From Candidatus Sumerlaeaceae bacterium (GTDB taxonomy: Bacteria > Sumerlaeota > Sumerlaeia > Sumerlaeales > Sumerlaeaceae): a stretch of DNA of 64,000 nt. The position numbers and the translations under genes were made by a program. This document shows positions 28,967 through 37,489 of the stretch, in pieces (the first letter of the stretch is position 1; each line of letters starts with the position of its first letter). The stretch is from contig JBPCLP010000021.1 in NCBI GenBank assembly GCA_051003195.1, positions 192,001 to 256,000 of the forward strand. The letters run 5' to 3'. The notes under the pieces are model-generated. The model ran no database searches, had not been told where the DNA came from, and saw only the letters and a program-made list of their open reading frames with translations.

Positions 28967-31150
28967 TCAGTAAGTAAGCGCGACGGTCGTCGAAGTTTCA
29001 GTAAACTCGTAACGCACGAGGGCGGTGCCGGTTTGCGCCGCCCACTCGTGCGTGGCGGGACGGCTGTCGATGTGGACGCCACGCGGTCGGCGCGGCATGC
29101 TCATGTGCAGAACGCCGGGCGTGTTAAGGGGCCCGGTGAGAGTCACGGTGGTTTCTCCGTCGGAGTCTTCCTGGTGCTCCACACGTCCAGAGCTGGCGAG
29201 CACCAGTGTTTGCACGGGAGGTGTCGCTGGAATGTTTCTCAGGAAAAACACCTGCCCGGGCGCTATGACCGGATTGCCGAGTATTACGGCATCAGAGGTA
29301 AAGAGATCCACGTAGCTGCCGGCCAGCCGCAGAGGTTCTGAGGAAGTGCATTCGTCTAGCGCGGCGCCGATGGTGTACGGCCCACGGCGCAACACAATCG
29401 AGTTGGTCGTCTGCAATAATTTTCCAACCGATGCCAGTCCCTCGCCCAGGTACCTCATGAGCGTTTCCGGCCCGGTTGTTTGTTTTGCGTAGCTGGCTGG
29501 TCCCTCGTCCGAAATGATCACCGTGCCGTTGCCGAACGGTAGAGGCTCGCCGGTTTGCGCTTTTGACATTCCAAAACGCTGCAATAGATCGCCGCGTGGG
29601 GTTCCGGCCGCATCGGTGCCTGAGTTCCACCACTCGCGCGCGGTGTTGAATTTGTCCTGGTCGTTGCCGCAGAAAATGAGCACTCCGCCATCGCGTACCC
29701 AGTCCGCGAGGCGCGCGTTGTACTCCGGGCGCAGCGGTTTGATATGATCGTAGCTCATGAGAAGCGCGCTGATGCCCTCCAGCGCACCGGGTGCAAGAAC
29801 CTGCTCGAGGATCACGCAGCGCGCAGGCATACCGTTTTTAACCAGCGGCAGCGCAAGACCGAAGAACTCGTCGTAGCAACTGTCGCCCGACCATGGACTG
29901 CCACGCTGGAACATCATGGTATCGGAAGCCAGCACTCCAACATCGCTGGAGCCACTGCTCCAGGTGCACTCAGGCTGTTCCATGTCGGCGAGCGCGTTCA
30001 CGACGATCATCAGCTCTGCCGCATAGGAGGGAGGAATCGTAATCTTTTCACCGGGAGCGGCGTACGAGCCCGCCGGATATTTATCCAGAAACACGCGGCT
30101 TGGCCACGGCATCACTTCGAAGTGTGACACGGACGGAAAAAGAAGCGAGGCGGCGACGACGCGGCGGTAGTTGGCCCGGTAGTCGTCCCATGTGTGCGTG
30201 GGAACGTCTTCGACCGGATCGTGAAGAAAGTAAACCGTGCGGCTGGTGGGAGCGGTCATCGCATGCATCGTCGCATATTCGAGATAAGCAGTTTCAAAGG
30301 TGCGCTCGCGCTCGACGCCACCGTAGCGGTTCGGAACGCGCGCGGTCCCCGTCCACACCTGGGCGATGTAGCCATCGCAATCGGGCAGGTCCATCATACT
30401 GCTCTCGGGTGAGACGATTCCCCACTGCGAATAGTTCAGGAGGCTGTGCGTTGGCACGTAACATTGCAGGGTGCGCTTGTGTTTTGCGGCGGCGTGGGCT
30501 TTTGCGCGGCTGAACACCGTGCCCAATGTCCGGCGGTAGAGCACGTGCTTGAGCTTGCTGCTGCGCCAGAAAGCATCGGGTGAAGAGTCGGGCCGCTGCC
30601 ATGGTTCGTTGTACTCCGCGTGCCATAGTTTCTTGAATCCTTCGCTGTAACCGGCGCGCGCCCAGAACTCCGGTTCTTCAAGGTGCAGTGCCAGGGCCCC
30701 CGCGTCGACGGCCTGCGTCGAGAGAGAAGTTATGTAATCGACATACGACGGTGTGGGTACCATGTACGGCACACCTTCGTGGTGCCAGATGGTCTCTCCC
30801 TTTCCGTCCGCCTGGCCTTCATCTTCATGTCGACGGCCATCGAAGTCGCCGCGGATGTAGGCTTCGTATTCTCCCCAGGCCACGCCGGTCATCAGGTGTG
30901 GGATGTAGCCGTGGTCGGCCCAGCCGCGAATGCGCGAAGTGAGGGAGTCATTCACGCCGTATGCGATTGCGACATCCGTGCGAATGTCGTAGCGCGCATC
31001 AAAAGCATCACCGCTCTGGAAGCAGGTGCGCTGCCGATGGCGCGCCGCAGTGAAGGAAGTCGTGCTGGTTTGCTGGGACGCACCTGCTGGTTCCACCTGC
31101 AGCAGCAGGATCAAACCAGGCATCAGTGTGAAGTATCGCAGAATCATCAT
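28967..31150 (-). CDS. Secreted hypothetical protein, possible unclassified glycoside hydrolase
   Basis: 727-aa ORF with signal peptide; LHLEEPEFW and FLHDPVED acidic motifs; C-terminal region resembling beta-galactosidase trimerisation domains. Confidence 0.6.
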   Translation of the reverse strand: MMILRYFTLMPGLILLLQVEPAGASQQTSTTSFTAARHRQRTCFQSGDAFDARYDIRTDVAIAYGVNDSLTSRIRGWADHGYIPHLMTGVAWGEYEAYIRGDFDGRRHEDEGQADGKGETIWHHEGVPYMVPTPSYVDYITSLSTQAVDAGALALHLEEPEFWARAGYSEGFKKLWHAEYNEPWQRPDSSPDAFWRSSKLKHVLYRRTLGTVFSRAKAHAAAKHKRTLQCYVPTHSLLNYSQWGIVSPESSMMDLPDCDGYIAQVWTGTARVPNRYGGVERERTFETAYLEYATMHAMTAPTSRTVYFLHDPVEDVPTHTWDDYRANYRRVVAASLLFPSVSHFEVMPWPSRVFLDKYPAGSYAAPGEKITIPPSYAAELMIVVNALADMEQPECTWSSGSSDVGVLASDTMMFQRGSPWSGDSCYDEFFGLALPLVKNGMPARCVILEQVLAPGALEGISALLMSYDHIKPLRPEYNARLADWVRDGGVLIFCGNDQDKFNTAREWWNSGTDAAGTPRGDLLQRFGMSKAQTGEPLPFGNGTVIISDEGPASYAKQTTGPETLMRYLGEGLASVGKLLQTTNSIVLRRGPYTIGAALDECTSSEPLRLAGSYVDLFTSDAVILGNPVIAPGQVFFLRNIPATPPVQTLVLASSGRVEHQEDSDGETTVTLTGPLNTPGVLHMSMPRRPRGVHIDSRPATHEWAAQTGTALVRYEFTETSTTVALTY

Positions 31151-31376
31151 TGGGAGACGGGTTCATCATGTGAGCTGCTGGATGCAAGCGGCATTCAGAG
31201 CGCGCAAAGGGGCCGGCACGAAGGCGCATAAATCATGCGTTTTGTCTTTAAGGAAACTGCACTTAACTTTAAATATTACAACTCTTTAAGGCCGAATTTG
31301 CGTAAACTTATTTACTTGCTAAGACACGCCGTTCCGCGCCTGTTCAGCTACTAATACTGGCAGGAGGTTTGGTAAC

Positions 31377-32492
31377 GTGCGTAGGCTTCTGATTCTTGGC
31401 GCATCGCTGATCGCGGCTTCCGTGGCGATTGCCGACGGCGATGACAGCAAAAAAGTAACTGTGGAAGTAGCACCGGCGAAGCGGGCGGTAAAGCGTGCGA
31501 CGCCGACGGCCTTTTTGCCGGTGCCGATTGAGCGCAGCCGCGCGATGCTTTGCGGACTGAAGCAGTCGGAGAACCTCGGCAAGTGGCTGAACGAAGTCGT
31601 GAACCTGGCCTTGGCGTCACAGCGGGTGATCAACAAGGAAGACGTGTTTGTTTCCTTTATCGATCTTTGTCCGGAAGCGCTGAGCTGGGGTGGCGATTCG
31701 CCCGGTCCGGTGATGGCCAGCGTGCATGGCGATGAGATGCAGTTTGCCTCGGGCTTTTCACGCCTCATCTATGCGGTGGCCGCGTATAACCACCTGGTCA
31801 AAAGTTGCGCCGACATGGACCCGGCCCTGCAGAGCGACATCGTGCGTATGCTGCGCGATGGTGATGACACGTCGACCAACAAAATCGTCGATTTCCTGTC
31901 GGGCACCGGGAGCGGCCCCGCATTGGGCCAGGTCGAGCTGTGCGATTTCGCCAGCCGGCGCGATTTTGCTAATTTGTACCTGACGAACCTCGGGTTCCAG
32001 GATTTCAACGTGAACCAGAAGATCGCGCAGCAAGCGCCGGGAGGCACCGAGCTGCAACTGCTCGGCGGCAAACTGCCGTTAAACTACGAAAACAGTAACC
32101 GCCTTACCGCAAAGCAGGTCGCCGGGCTCTTCTACCTGCTGGACCAGGAAGCGCTGGTTTCGCCCGGTGCAAGCCACGCGATGAAGGCGTACATGTTCCG
32201 CCCGGTCGAGCAGCAGAAGCTGCGCGCGTTGAGCGGCATTGCAGCGGGGCTGCCGGTCGGCAGCAAACTGGTGAGCCTCAACGGCTACTCGGTGCGCAAT
32301 TATCACGACGCGGGAATCGTGACGTTGCCCAGCGGTCAGCGGTACATCCTCTCCGTCATGACAAAGTATAACGATTATCCGACAGTGTTTATCCCCATCC
32401 TGAGCCGCTTTATCGCGTTTCGGATGCAGACCAGCACTGGCACCGAGGATCCGGACCAGTACCTGTACATTCCGCCACTGGCGTCCAAGTAA
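31377..32492 (+). CDS. Class A beta-lactamase-like serine hydrolase fold, catalytic motifs degenerate
   Basis: GGAGG RBS; NRLTAKQVA, AGLPVG, HDAGIVTLPSGQRYILSVMT; SxxK, SDN and KTG motifs not intact. Confidence 0.75.
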   Translation: MRRLLILGASLIAASVAIADGDDSKKVTVEVAPAKRAVKRATPTAFLPVPIERSRAMLCGLKQSENLGKWLNEVVNLALASQRVINKEDVFVSFIDLCPEALSWGGDSPGPVMASVHGDEMQFASGFSRLIYAVAAYNHLVKSCADMDPALQSDIVRMLRDGDDTSTNKIVDFLSGTGSGPALGQVELCDFASRRDFANLYLTNLGFQDFNVNQKIAQQAPGGTELQLLGGKLPLNYENSNRLTAKQVAGLFYLLDQEALVSPGASHAMKAYMFRPVEQQKLRALSGIAAGLPVGSKLVSLNGYSVRNYHDAGIVTLPSGQRYILSVMTKYNDYPTVFIPILSRFIAFRMQTSTGTEDPDQYLYIPPLASK

Positions 32493-32507
32493 TCTCGAAA
32501 GAAACCG

Positions 32508-32553
32508 CAAACGGGCGGTGCCCCGGCAGCCGGGGGCGCCGCCCGTTTTCTTT
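32508..32553 (+). terminator. Rho-independent terminator
   Basis: Long GC hairpin AAACGGGCGGTGCCCC...GGGGCGCCGCCCGTTT followed by a T-rich tail. Confidence 0.7.
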
Positions 32554-32718
32554 GTAGGCAAGGTCCCACCGCGGGCACTACAGCTTGACGGCTGGGGTTT
32601 GGCAGCACGATTTGCGGGCGAAGCGCACTTAAATGCTCTGGATACAGGAGTGGCATCGGTTGACGCGGCGGCGAGGGCTGGCATATACATGAAGAGGCTG
32701 GCCAACTATCGTAATTAG

Positions 32719-33297
32719 ATGAAAATCAATGCACAACATATGCGCGGCTTCTCGCTGATCGAATTGGCTGTGGTGGTCGTCATCACCGGGATGGTCTCGC
32801 TCGTGGTTGTCGGTTCGTATTCCGCCATGAAACAAAAGCGTAATTTGCGCGGCGCGGCGCAGAGCGTGAACAGCGCGCTGGTCACTGCGCGCTCCTACGC
32901 CGTAAGCCGCAATGCATGGCACCGCGTCGTCCTCCAGATGCGCGATCCTGTCACCAACCTGGAGCGCGCGTCCTACTGGATCGACGAGATTCAACCGAAC
33001 TCCAACACGACACCGAACCCTGCAGTGCCCGAGGCCGCCGTGCGGCCAAAGCTGACAACTCCGCAGTTGCTGCCCGTGGGCGTGCACTTCCTGGATGTAA
33101 ACGTAAACGGGACGACCTTCACCGCATCGGCCGAACAGAACATTGTAATCCGGTTTCAGCCCAATGGTTCGTCAGACCAGGCGAACATCCGGTTATACGA
33201 AGATTCGCAGGCGGCGAACCGGCCGACTCCCGTCACGACGATCAAACTTTTTGCAGCCACCGCCAAACCGCGTATCATCACGGATGATGGCACGTGA
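32719..33297 (+). CDS. Type IV prepilin-like protein (GspH/FimT-like)
   Basis: RG/FSLIEL cleavage motif; ARSYAVSRN; IRFQPNGS. Confidence 0.85.
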   Translation: MKINAQHMRGFSLIELAVVVVITGMVSLVVVGSYSAMKQKRNLRGAAQSVNSALVTARSYAVSRNAWHRVVLQMRDPVTNLERASYWIDEIQPNSNTTPNPAVPEAAVRPKLTTPQLLPVGVHFLDVNVNGTTFTASAEQNIVIRFQPNGSSDQANIRLYEDSQAANRPTPVTTIKLFAATAKPRIITDDGT

Positions 33298-33737
33298 GGG
33301 CTCGCCGTTTTTCTTCAATGGGGACACGCGGGCTCACACTGATCGAGGTGATGATCAGCCTCGCCATCCTCCTGGTTGGCGTGCTGGCCGTCGTTTATTT
33401 CTTCCCGCAGACGCTGCAGAGCGCGGCCCGGGCGGAATACCGGACAAAGGCCGCGGTGCTGGCGCAGATGAAAGCGGAAGAAATCCGCCGCGACGATGAT
33501 ACGACGCACACGTTGATTCATGCGATTGAGCAAATGCAGGTGCCCAGCACACCCGTCACCTTCTCGCAGGAGCCGAACCTCGCGTACCAGTTCAGCGGGC
33601 GCACGATACTCTACGAAGGCGAAACGCCCGCGGGCGATCCCGGTGTGGCGCGTGTGATCGTTCGCTATTCGCCAGAGTACCGCGTCAGTAACAATCCCAA
33701 CAAGGATGTGCTCTATGAGCTCCGCTTCGGGCCGTAG
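33294..33737 (+). CDS. Type IV prepilin-like protein (GspI/PilV-like)
   Basis: RG/LTLIEVMISLAIL; LAQMKAEEIR; overlaps the upstream stop. Confidence 0.85.
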   Translation: MRARRFSSMGTRGLTLIEVMISLAILLVGVLAVVYFFPQTLQSAARAEYRTKAAVLAQMKAEEIRRDDDTTHTLIHAIEQMQVPSTPVTFSQEPNLAYQFSGRTILYEGETPAGDPGVARVIVRYSPEYRVSNNPNKDVLYELRFGP

Positions 33738-33744
33738 AGTAGAG

Positions 33745-34752
33745 ATGGAGCCCACTACCGCCGCGCCGCAGGCGTCCGCGCCTGCGATCTTCCACGCATG
33801 CTATCACAGTCTGCGCCATTCCATGCAATGCTCCCGACGCAAGGGCATGACGCTGCTCGAAGTCATGGTCGCAGTGACAGTGACAGTGTTGATCATCGGC
33901 GGAGCGACGGTTGCGTTTATCCAATTGCTGCGGTCCAACGACCGCGCGCAGGCGCGCGTGGAAGCTACCGCCAATGCGCGCACGGCAATTGATGCGCTGA
34001 CGGTGGAACTGAAACGCGCGCAGACAACCGGCACGCTGACCGCCCGATTCGTCGGCAACACGGAATCCAGCGGATCTCTGACCGATGCGATTGACCAGGA
34101 CAACGATGGCAAGATCGACGAGGAACTGCTCAACGGTTTCGACGACGACGGCGACTGGCAGCTTGCCGACGACCGGCACGCGATCATCGATACAAGCGGC
34201 ACACGTTACGTCGAACGCCCGGTGTATTATCAGCACCCCGACCTCGACGACTGGCACATCGACGTGGATATCAAGCAGAGCTCCGCGAGCGTGGAGTTTT
34301 CAACCTTCGCGACACCGGGCGAGACAGACCCGCGCAGCGTGCGTTTCTACCTCGGGCTGGATCCCGATGGCGAGCCAAACACGCTGATGAAGCAGGTGAC
34401 CTCTTTCGACCCGGCGACATCCGCAATGGTAACCGTGGCCGGGCCCGTGGCGCACAATGTGTATAGCTTCGGACTGCTGTTCTGGGATGAAGCGAGCGCG
34501 CACGACCCGAACTCGAATCCATGGCGCACAAGCTGGGACGATACGATGAGCACGAGCACCTTTGCACCTGCCAGTGTTTACATGACCATCAGCGTGTATG
34601 CGGGCACACCATTGAAGCTGAACGAGGTACCTCCCGGCGACCAGATCCCGACGGTAACACTGACGAGCGTGGTGGATATCGAGGCGGTTCTGGCATCACC
34701 CGAGTTCCGCGCGATTAAGCTGCTTTACGGGGATATCCAGCCCCTGCCATAG
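33745..34752 (+). CDS. Type IV prepilin-like protein (GspJ/PilW-like)
   Basis: KG/MTLLEVMVAV; ARTAIDALTVELKRA; DQDNDGKIDEE Ca-loop. Start uncertain. Confidence 0.8.
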   Translation: MEPTTAAPQASAPAIFHACYHSLRHSMQCSRRKGMTLLEVMVAVTVTVLIIGGATVAFIQLLRSNDRAQARVEATANARTAIDALTVELKRAQTTGTLTARFVGNTESSGSLTDAIDQDNDGKIDEELLNGFDDDGDWQLADDRHAIIDTSGTRYVERPVYYQHPDLDDWHIDVDIKQSSASVEFSTFATPGETDPRSVRFYLGLDPDGEPNTLMKQVTSFDPATSAMVTVAGPVAHNVYSFGLLFWDEASAHDPNSNPWRTSWDDTMSTSTFAPASVYMTISVYAGTPLKLNEVPPGDQIPTVTLTSVVDIEAVLASPEFRAIKLLYGDIQPLP

Positions 34753-34892
34753 CTCCTTGGTGTGGTCTACCGTTAGTTCGACAAAACTGCCATTCGGCTG
34801 AATTTCCTGTTGCGATGGATACATTTATCATCATGATTAAGGACAGAGAGGCGAATCGTCGTCTGTCACCATTACCAAGAAGGAGTAAACAC

Positions 34893-35579
34893 GTGAACCA
34901 TCCATTCTCTGCCGCAAAACTATTGGCAGCGGCGGCCCTGACACTGCTGGCCACCGCGGCACCGGCTGCGTTCGTGATCAACGAAACCGACAGCGACACC
35001 ACCAACACGCCGTCCACGGACTTTTCTGAGTATGTGGAGCTGAAAGGAAATGCAAACGAGAGCGTAGCTGGACTCACGATCGTCTTCTTCAATGGAGGCA
35101 CCGGCAACGCAAATCCTCCCGCGTATCGAGCCATGGATCTGACCGGAAACGCCAATGCCAGCGGCTACTATATAATCGCGAATCCTGGCGTCGTTTCTCC
35201 TGATCCGGCAGTAACGTTCCCCTCCAATACCCTGCAAAATGGCGAAGACGCAGTAGCCCTGTGCTCCGGCACAACCGCCGCGGCATGGGGTGGCACAGTC
35301 GGTCCGTTCGCTACTCTTCAGGCTCCGCCGACGGGCAATGTGTTTGTCGACTCGATTGTTTATCAAACGGGGGCCGATGCAAACGCTACCTGGACCGGAC
35401 TGCCCAGCACGACTGTCTACGACGAATTCGATGCTGCAGCTACCGCATTATCGGGAGATTTTGCAAGTTTGTCTCGAGTTCCGGATGGCACAGGGACCTT
35501 CCAGCGGACGAATCGAACACCCTTAGCGACCAACGACGTCGGACCAGTCGCCGCCGTTCAAGACTGGCAAGTGTATTAA
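34893..35579 (+). CDS. Secreted lamin-tail-domain-like protein with DW..Y tail
   Basis: AAGGAG RBS before GTG at 34893; signal peptide; VINETDSD...EYVEL, LQNGEDAVAL, SLSRVPDG; ends AAVQDWQVY. Confidence 0.8.
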   Translation: MNHPFSAAKLLAAAALTLLATAAPAAFVINETDSDTTNTPSTDFSEYVELKGNANESVAGLTIVFFNGGTGNANPPAYRAMDLTGNANASGYYIIANPGVVSPDPAVTFPSNTLQNGEDAVALCSGTTAAAWGGTVGPFATLQAPPTGNVFVDSIVYQTGADANATWTGLPSTTVYDEFDAAATALSGDFASLSRVPDGTGTFQRTNRTPLATNDVGPVAAVQDWQVY

Positions 35580-35596
35580 CGAGCTACATTCTCGTG

Positions 35597-35627
35597 AAGC
35601 CCCCGGCGCATGCGCCGGGGGCTTTTT
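35597..35627 (+). terminator. Rho-independent terminator
   Basis: AAGCCCCCGGCGCATGCGCCGGGGGCTTTTT. Confidence 0.85.
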
Positions 35628-35649
35628 ACTATAATCTTGCTCTGTATCC

Positions 35650-35970
35650 TGGTGCGCTGTCCCTGAAATTCGCGGCATAATTCCGGCGGAATCTTTTTGC
35701 ACCGAACGAATTTTCGCGGCCTAGTTCCAGGATTCCGGCTTTTTGGAATCCGCCGCCCGCACAATTCAGCTCAGGTTTTTTGCACCGAAGGTGCAGCGGG
35801 ACCCAGCCCAGGGAAAGGAGGCCACGGCTTTTTGTGGCCGGCGCAGCCCTGGGTTACAGCACCCCCCATTTTTCGCGCCCTGAAGGGGCGCCGGAAACAG
35901 GCAGGCCCAGCCAAAGAAATCCGCTTGGCGCAATTGGCTTTGACAGAATAAACTTTGAGACTGCAATTAT
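35650..35970. mobile_element. Composite non-autonomous repeat element, copy 3
   Basis: 35780-35897 closely matches 8582-8699; left end matches 8385-8440; right boundary uncertain. Confidence 0.7.
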
Positions 35971-36001
35971 CCTGCTCTTAGTGCAATTATCCTGCTCTTA
36001 G
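35962..36001. repeat. Perfect 20-bp tandem duplication
   Basis: TGCAATTATCCTGCTCTTAG twice. Confidence 0.95.
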
Positions 36002-36029
36002 ATCGATCTACTTTACTTGAGGCCTTCCC

Positions 36030-36743
36030 ATGTTTTCTAAAGTTGTTCGCGCTTTCACCCTGATCGAGCTGCTCATCGTGGTGGCCATCATCGCCATCCT
36101 TGCGGCGATAGCCGTTCCAAACTTCCTGGAAGCGCAGATGCGCTCCAAAGTGTCCCGCGCAAAGGCGGATATGCGTACGTTCGCCACCGCAGTTGAGGCG
36201 AAGGCTGTCGACAAAAACGGCAGGTACAACTTTACTCGTTCCAGCCGGTGGATCTCGCCAAACCTCAAGAGTCTGACCACCCCAATTTCTTACATCACGT
36301 CGCTTCCTCAGGATCCGTTTATGCACAGCCAGATGCTCGGTTACACGGGAACAAGCGATCCGATCTGGGAAGAGAAGGAGGACGGAACTTACACGAATTC
36401 AGGAACTGCGGTTACGACGCCAAACTATGTCTATCAGTGGTACGACAACTCCCTACCGGGAGCCGGTACACCTGAAGCAGCAGGTAAACCTTGGTACGAG
36501 GTAAACCCGCACCCCGATTTCCCAATCTACTACAGCGATCCTTCCTCCATATGGTTCCCGAGTTTTAAGCTCTGCGTTGAAAAGCTCTCCAATCGCCAGT
36601 GGTTCCTCATTTCCCAGGGTCCCGCGTTCCTGAAAGCGGGGAACAACTATACGCCTTCGCGCAGCGTGGATTGGAAACAGCACCCCTACGATACCACGAA
36701 CGGAACGGTCAGCGCTGGCCTTGTCGTACGCGTTGGGCCGTAG
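36030..36743 (+). CDS. Prepilin-type N-terminal cleavage/methylation domain protein (YDxTNGTxSxG family)
   Basis: RA/FTLIELLIVVAIIAILAAIAVPNFLEAQ; C-terminal YDTTNGTVSAG. Confidence 0.92.
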   Translation: MFSKVVRAFTLIELLIVVAIIAILAAIAVPNFLEAQMRSKVSRAKADMRTFATAVEAKAVDKNGRYNFTRSSRWISPNLKSLTTPISYITSLPQDPFMHSQMLGYTGTSDPIWEEKEDGTYTNSGTAVTTPNYVYQWYDNSLPGAGTPEAAGKPWYEVNPHPDFPIYYSDPSSIWFPSFKLCVEKLSNRQWFLISQGPAFLKAGNNYTPSRSVDWKQHPYDTTNGTVSAGLVVRVGP

Positions 36744-36797
36744 AGGTAGCTGAACCTCTTCGCCGTTCGAACACACGCACATTATGTGTCGATACCC

Positions 36798-37435
36798 TGA
36801 GCGCGGAGCGCGGCCCTCCGCTTTTTAGCCCACCACGCACATCCTATGTGTCGATACCCTGCTTTCAAGTTTTCAAACGTTTTCAAACGTTTTCAAGTTT
36901 GCGGTGTAGAAGATTGAAATGCCTGCAGATAAATCAAACGGGCGAAAATCAATTAATTTCGCCCTTTGATTACGGTAATCCGCGCGTAATGTTCCGCCGG
37001 GGCGTGTGGGGTCCTGGCAACGGCGCTTGCGGATAGGCAGTTTTTTTCCGCCAGGCAAAAAATGCAGAGTGCCACGCGGATTGGGCGCAGAAGTCCGTCC
37101 ACCGTCGGTCACGGCGTTCGGGCCGGCATAGTTGTCAAAGAACGAGGTTCAGCTTACTACGCGGTCACGTATACACGAGTTTTGGGGGGCGGGTCTATTC
37201 CCGGGCGTACCCTTCAGGTGGGCTAAGTCCAATAAAGTCGAAAAAGATTTTTGGGCGAACGCCGCAGAAGTTTCGAGATCGGGAGCTGGCCCCGATCTCC
37301 AGAACTGCCGGGCGGGAAAATTATCCCTGCATGGCCTATTGTTAGCGCCGCTGCAAGCAGCTCCAGCTGAGGAGACAATCGTATACCCACCACTGCGTGG
37401 TGGGCTAAGAAGCGGAGCGCCGCGCTCCGCGCTCA
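36798..37435. repeat. 42-bp REP-like inverted repeats (40/42 identical) enclosing a non-coding segment
   Basis: 36798-36839 is the reverse complement of 37394-37435 with 2 mismatches. Confidence 0.85.
37131..37197 (-). promoter_or_regulatory. Candidate sigma70 promoter followed by a boxA-like site
   Basis: Minus strand TAGACC-N18-TATACG, then GTTCTTTGACAAC about 25 nt downstream. Confidence 0.45.
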
Positions 37436-37489
37436 TCAACCGCAGTCGACGGCACCCGCACGGGGCACCTCCAAGGCCTGGTTGTACGA

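Noticed and set aside
36863..36920. GTTTTCAA...ATTGAAAT resembling a CRISPR repeat near a boxA
   Set aside because: Single degenerate unit within a short tandem repeat; no spacers.
36749..37154. 11-bp inverted match AGCTGAACCTC
   Set aside because: Short, could be chance, and not tied to any other boundary.
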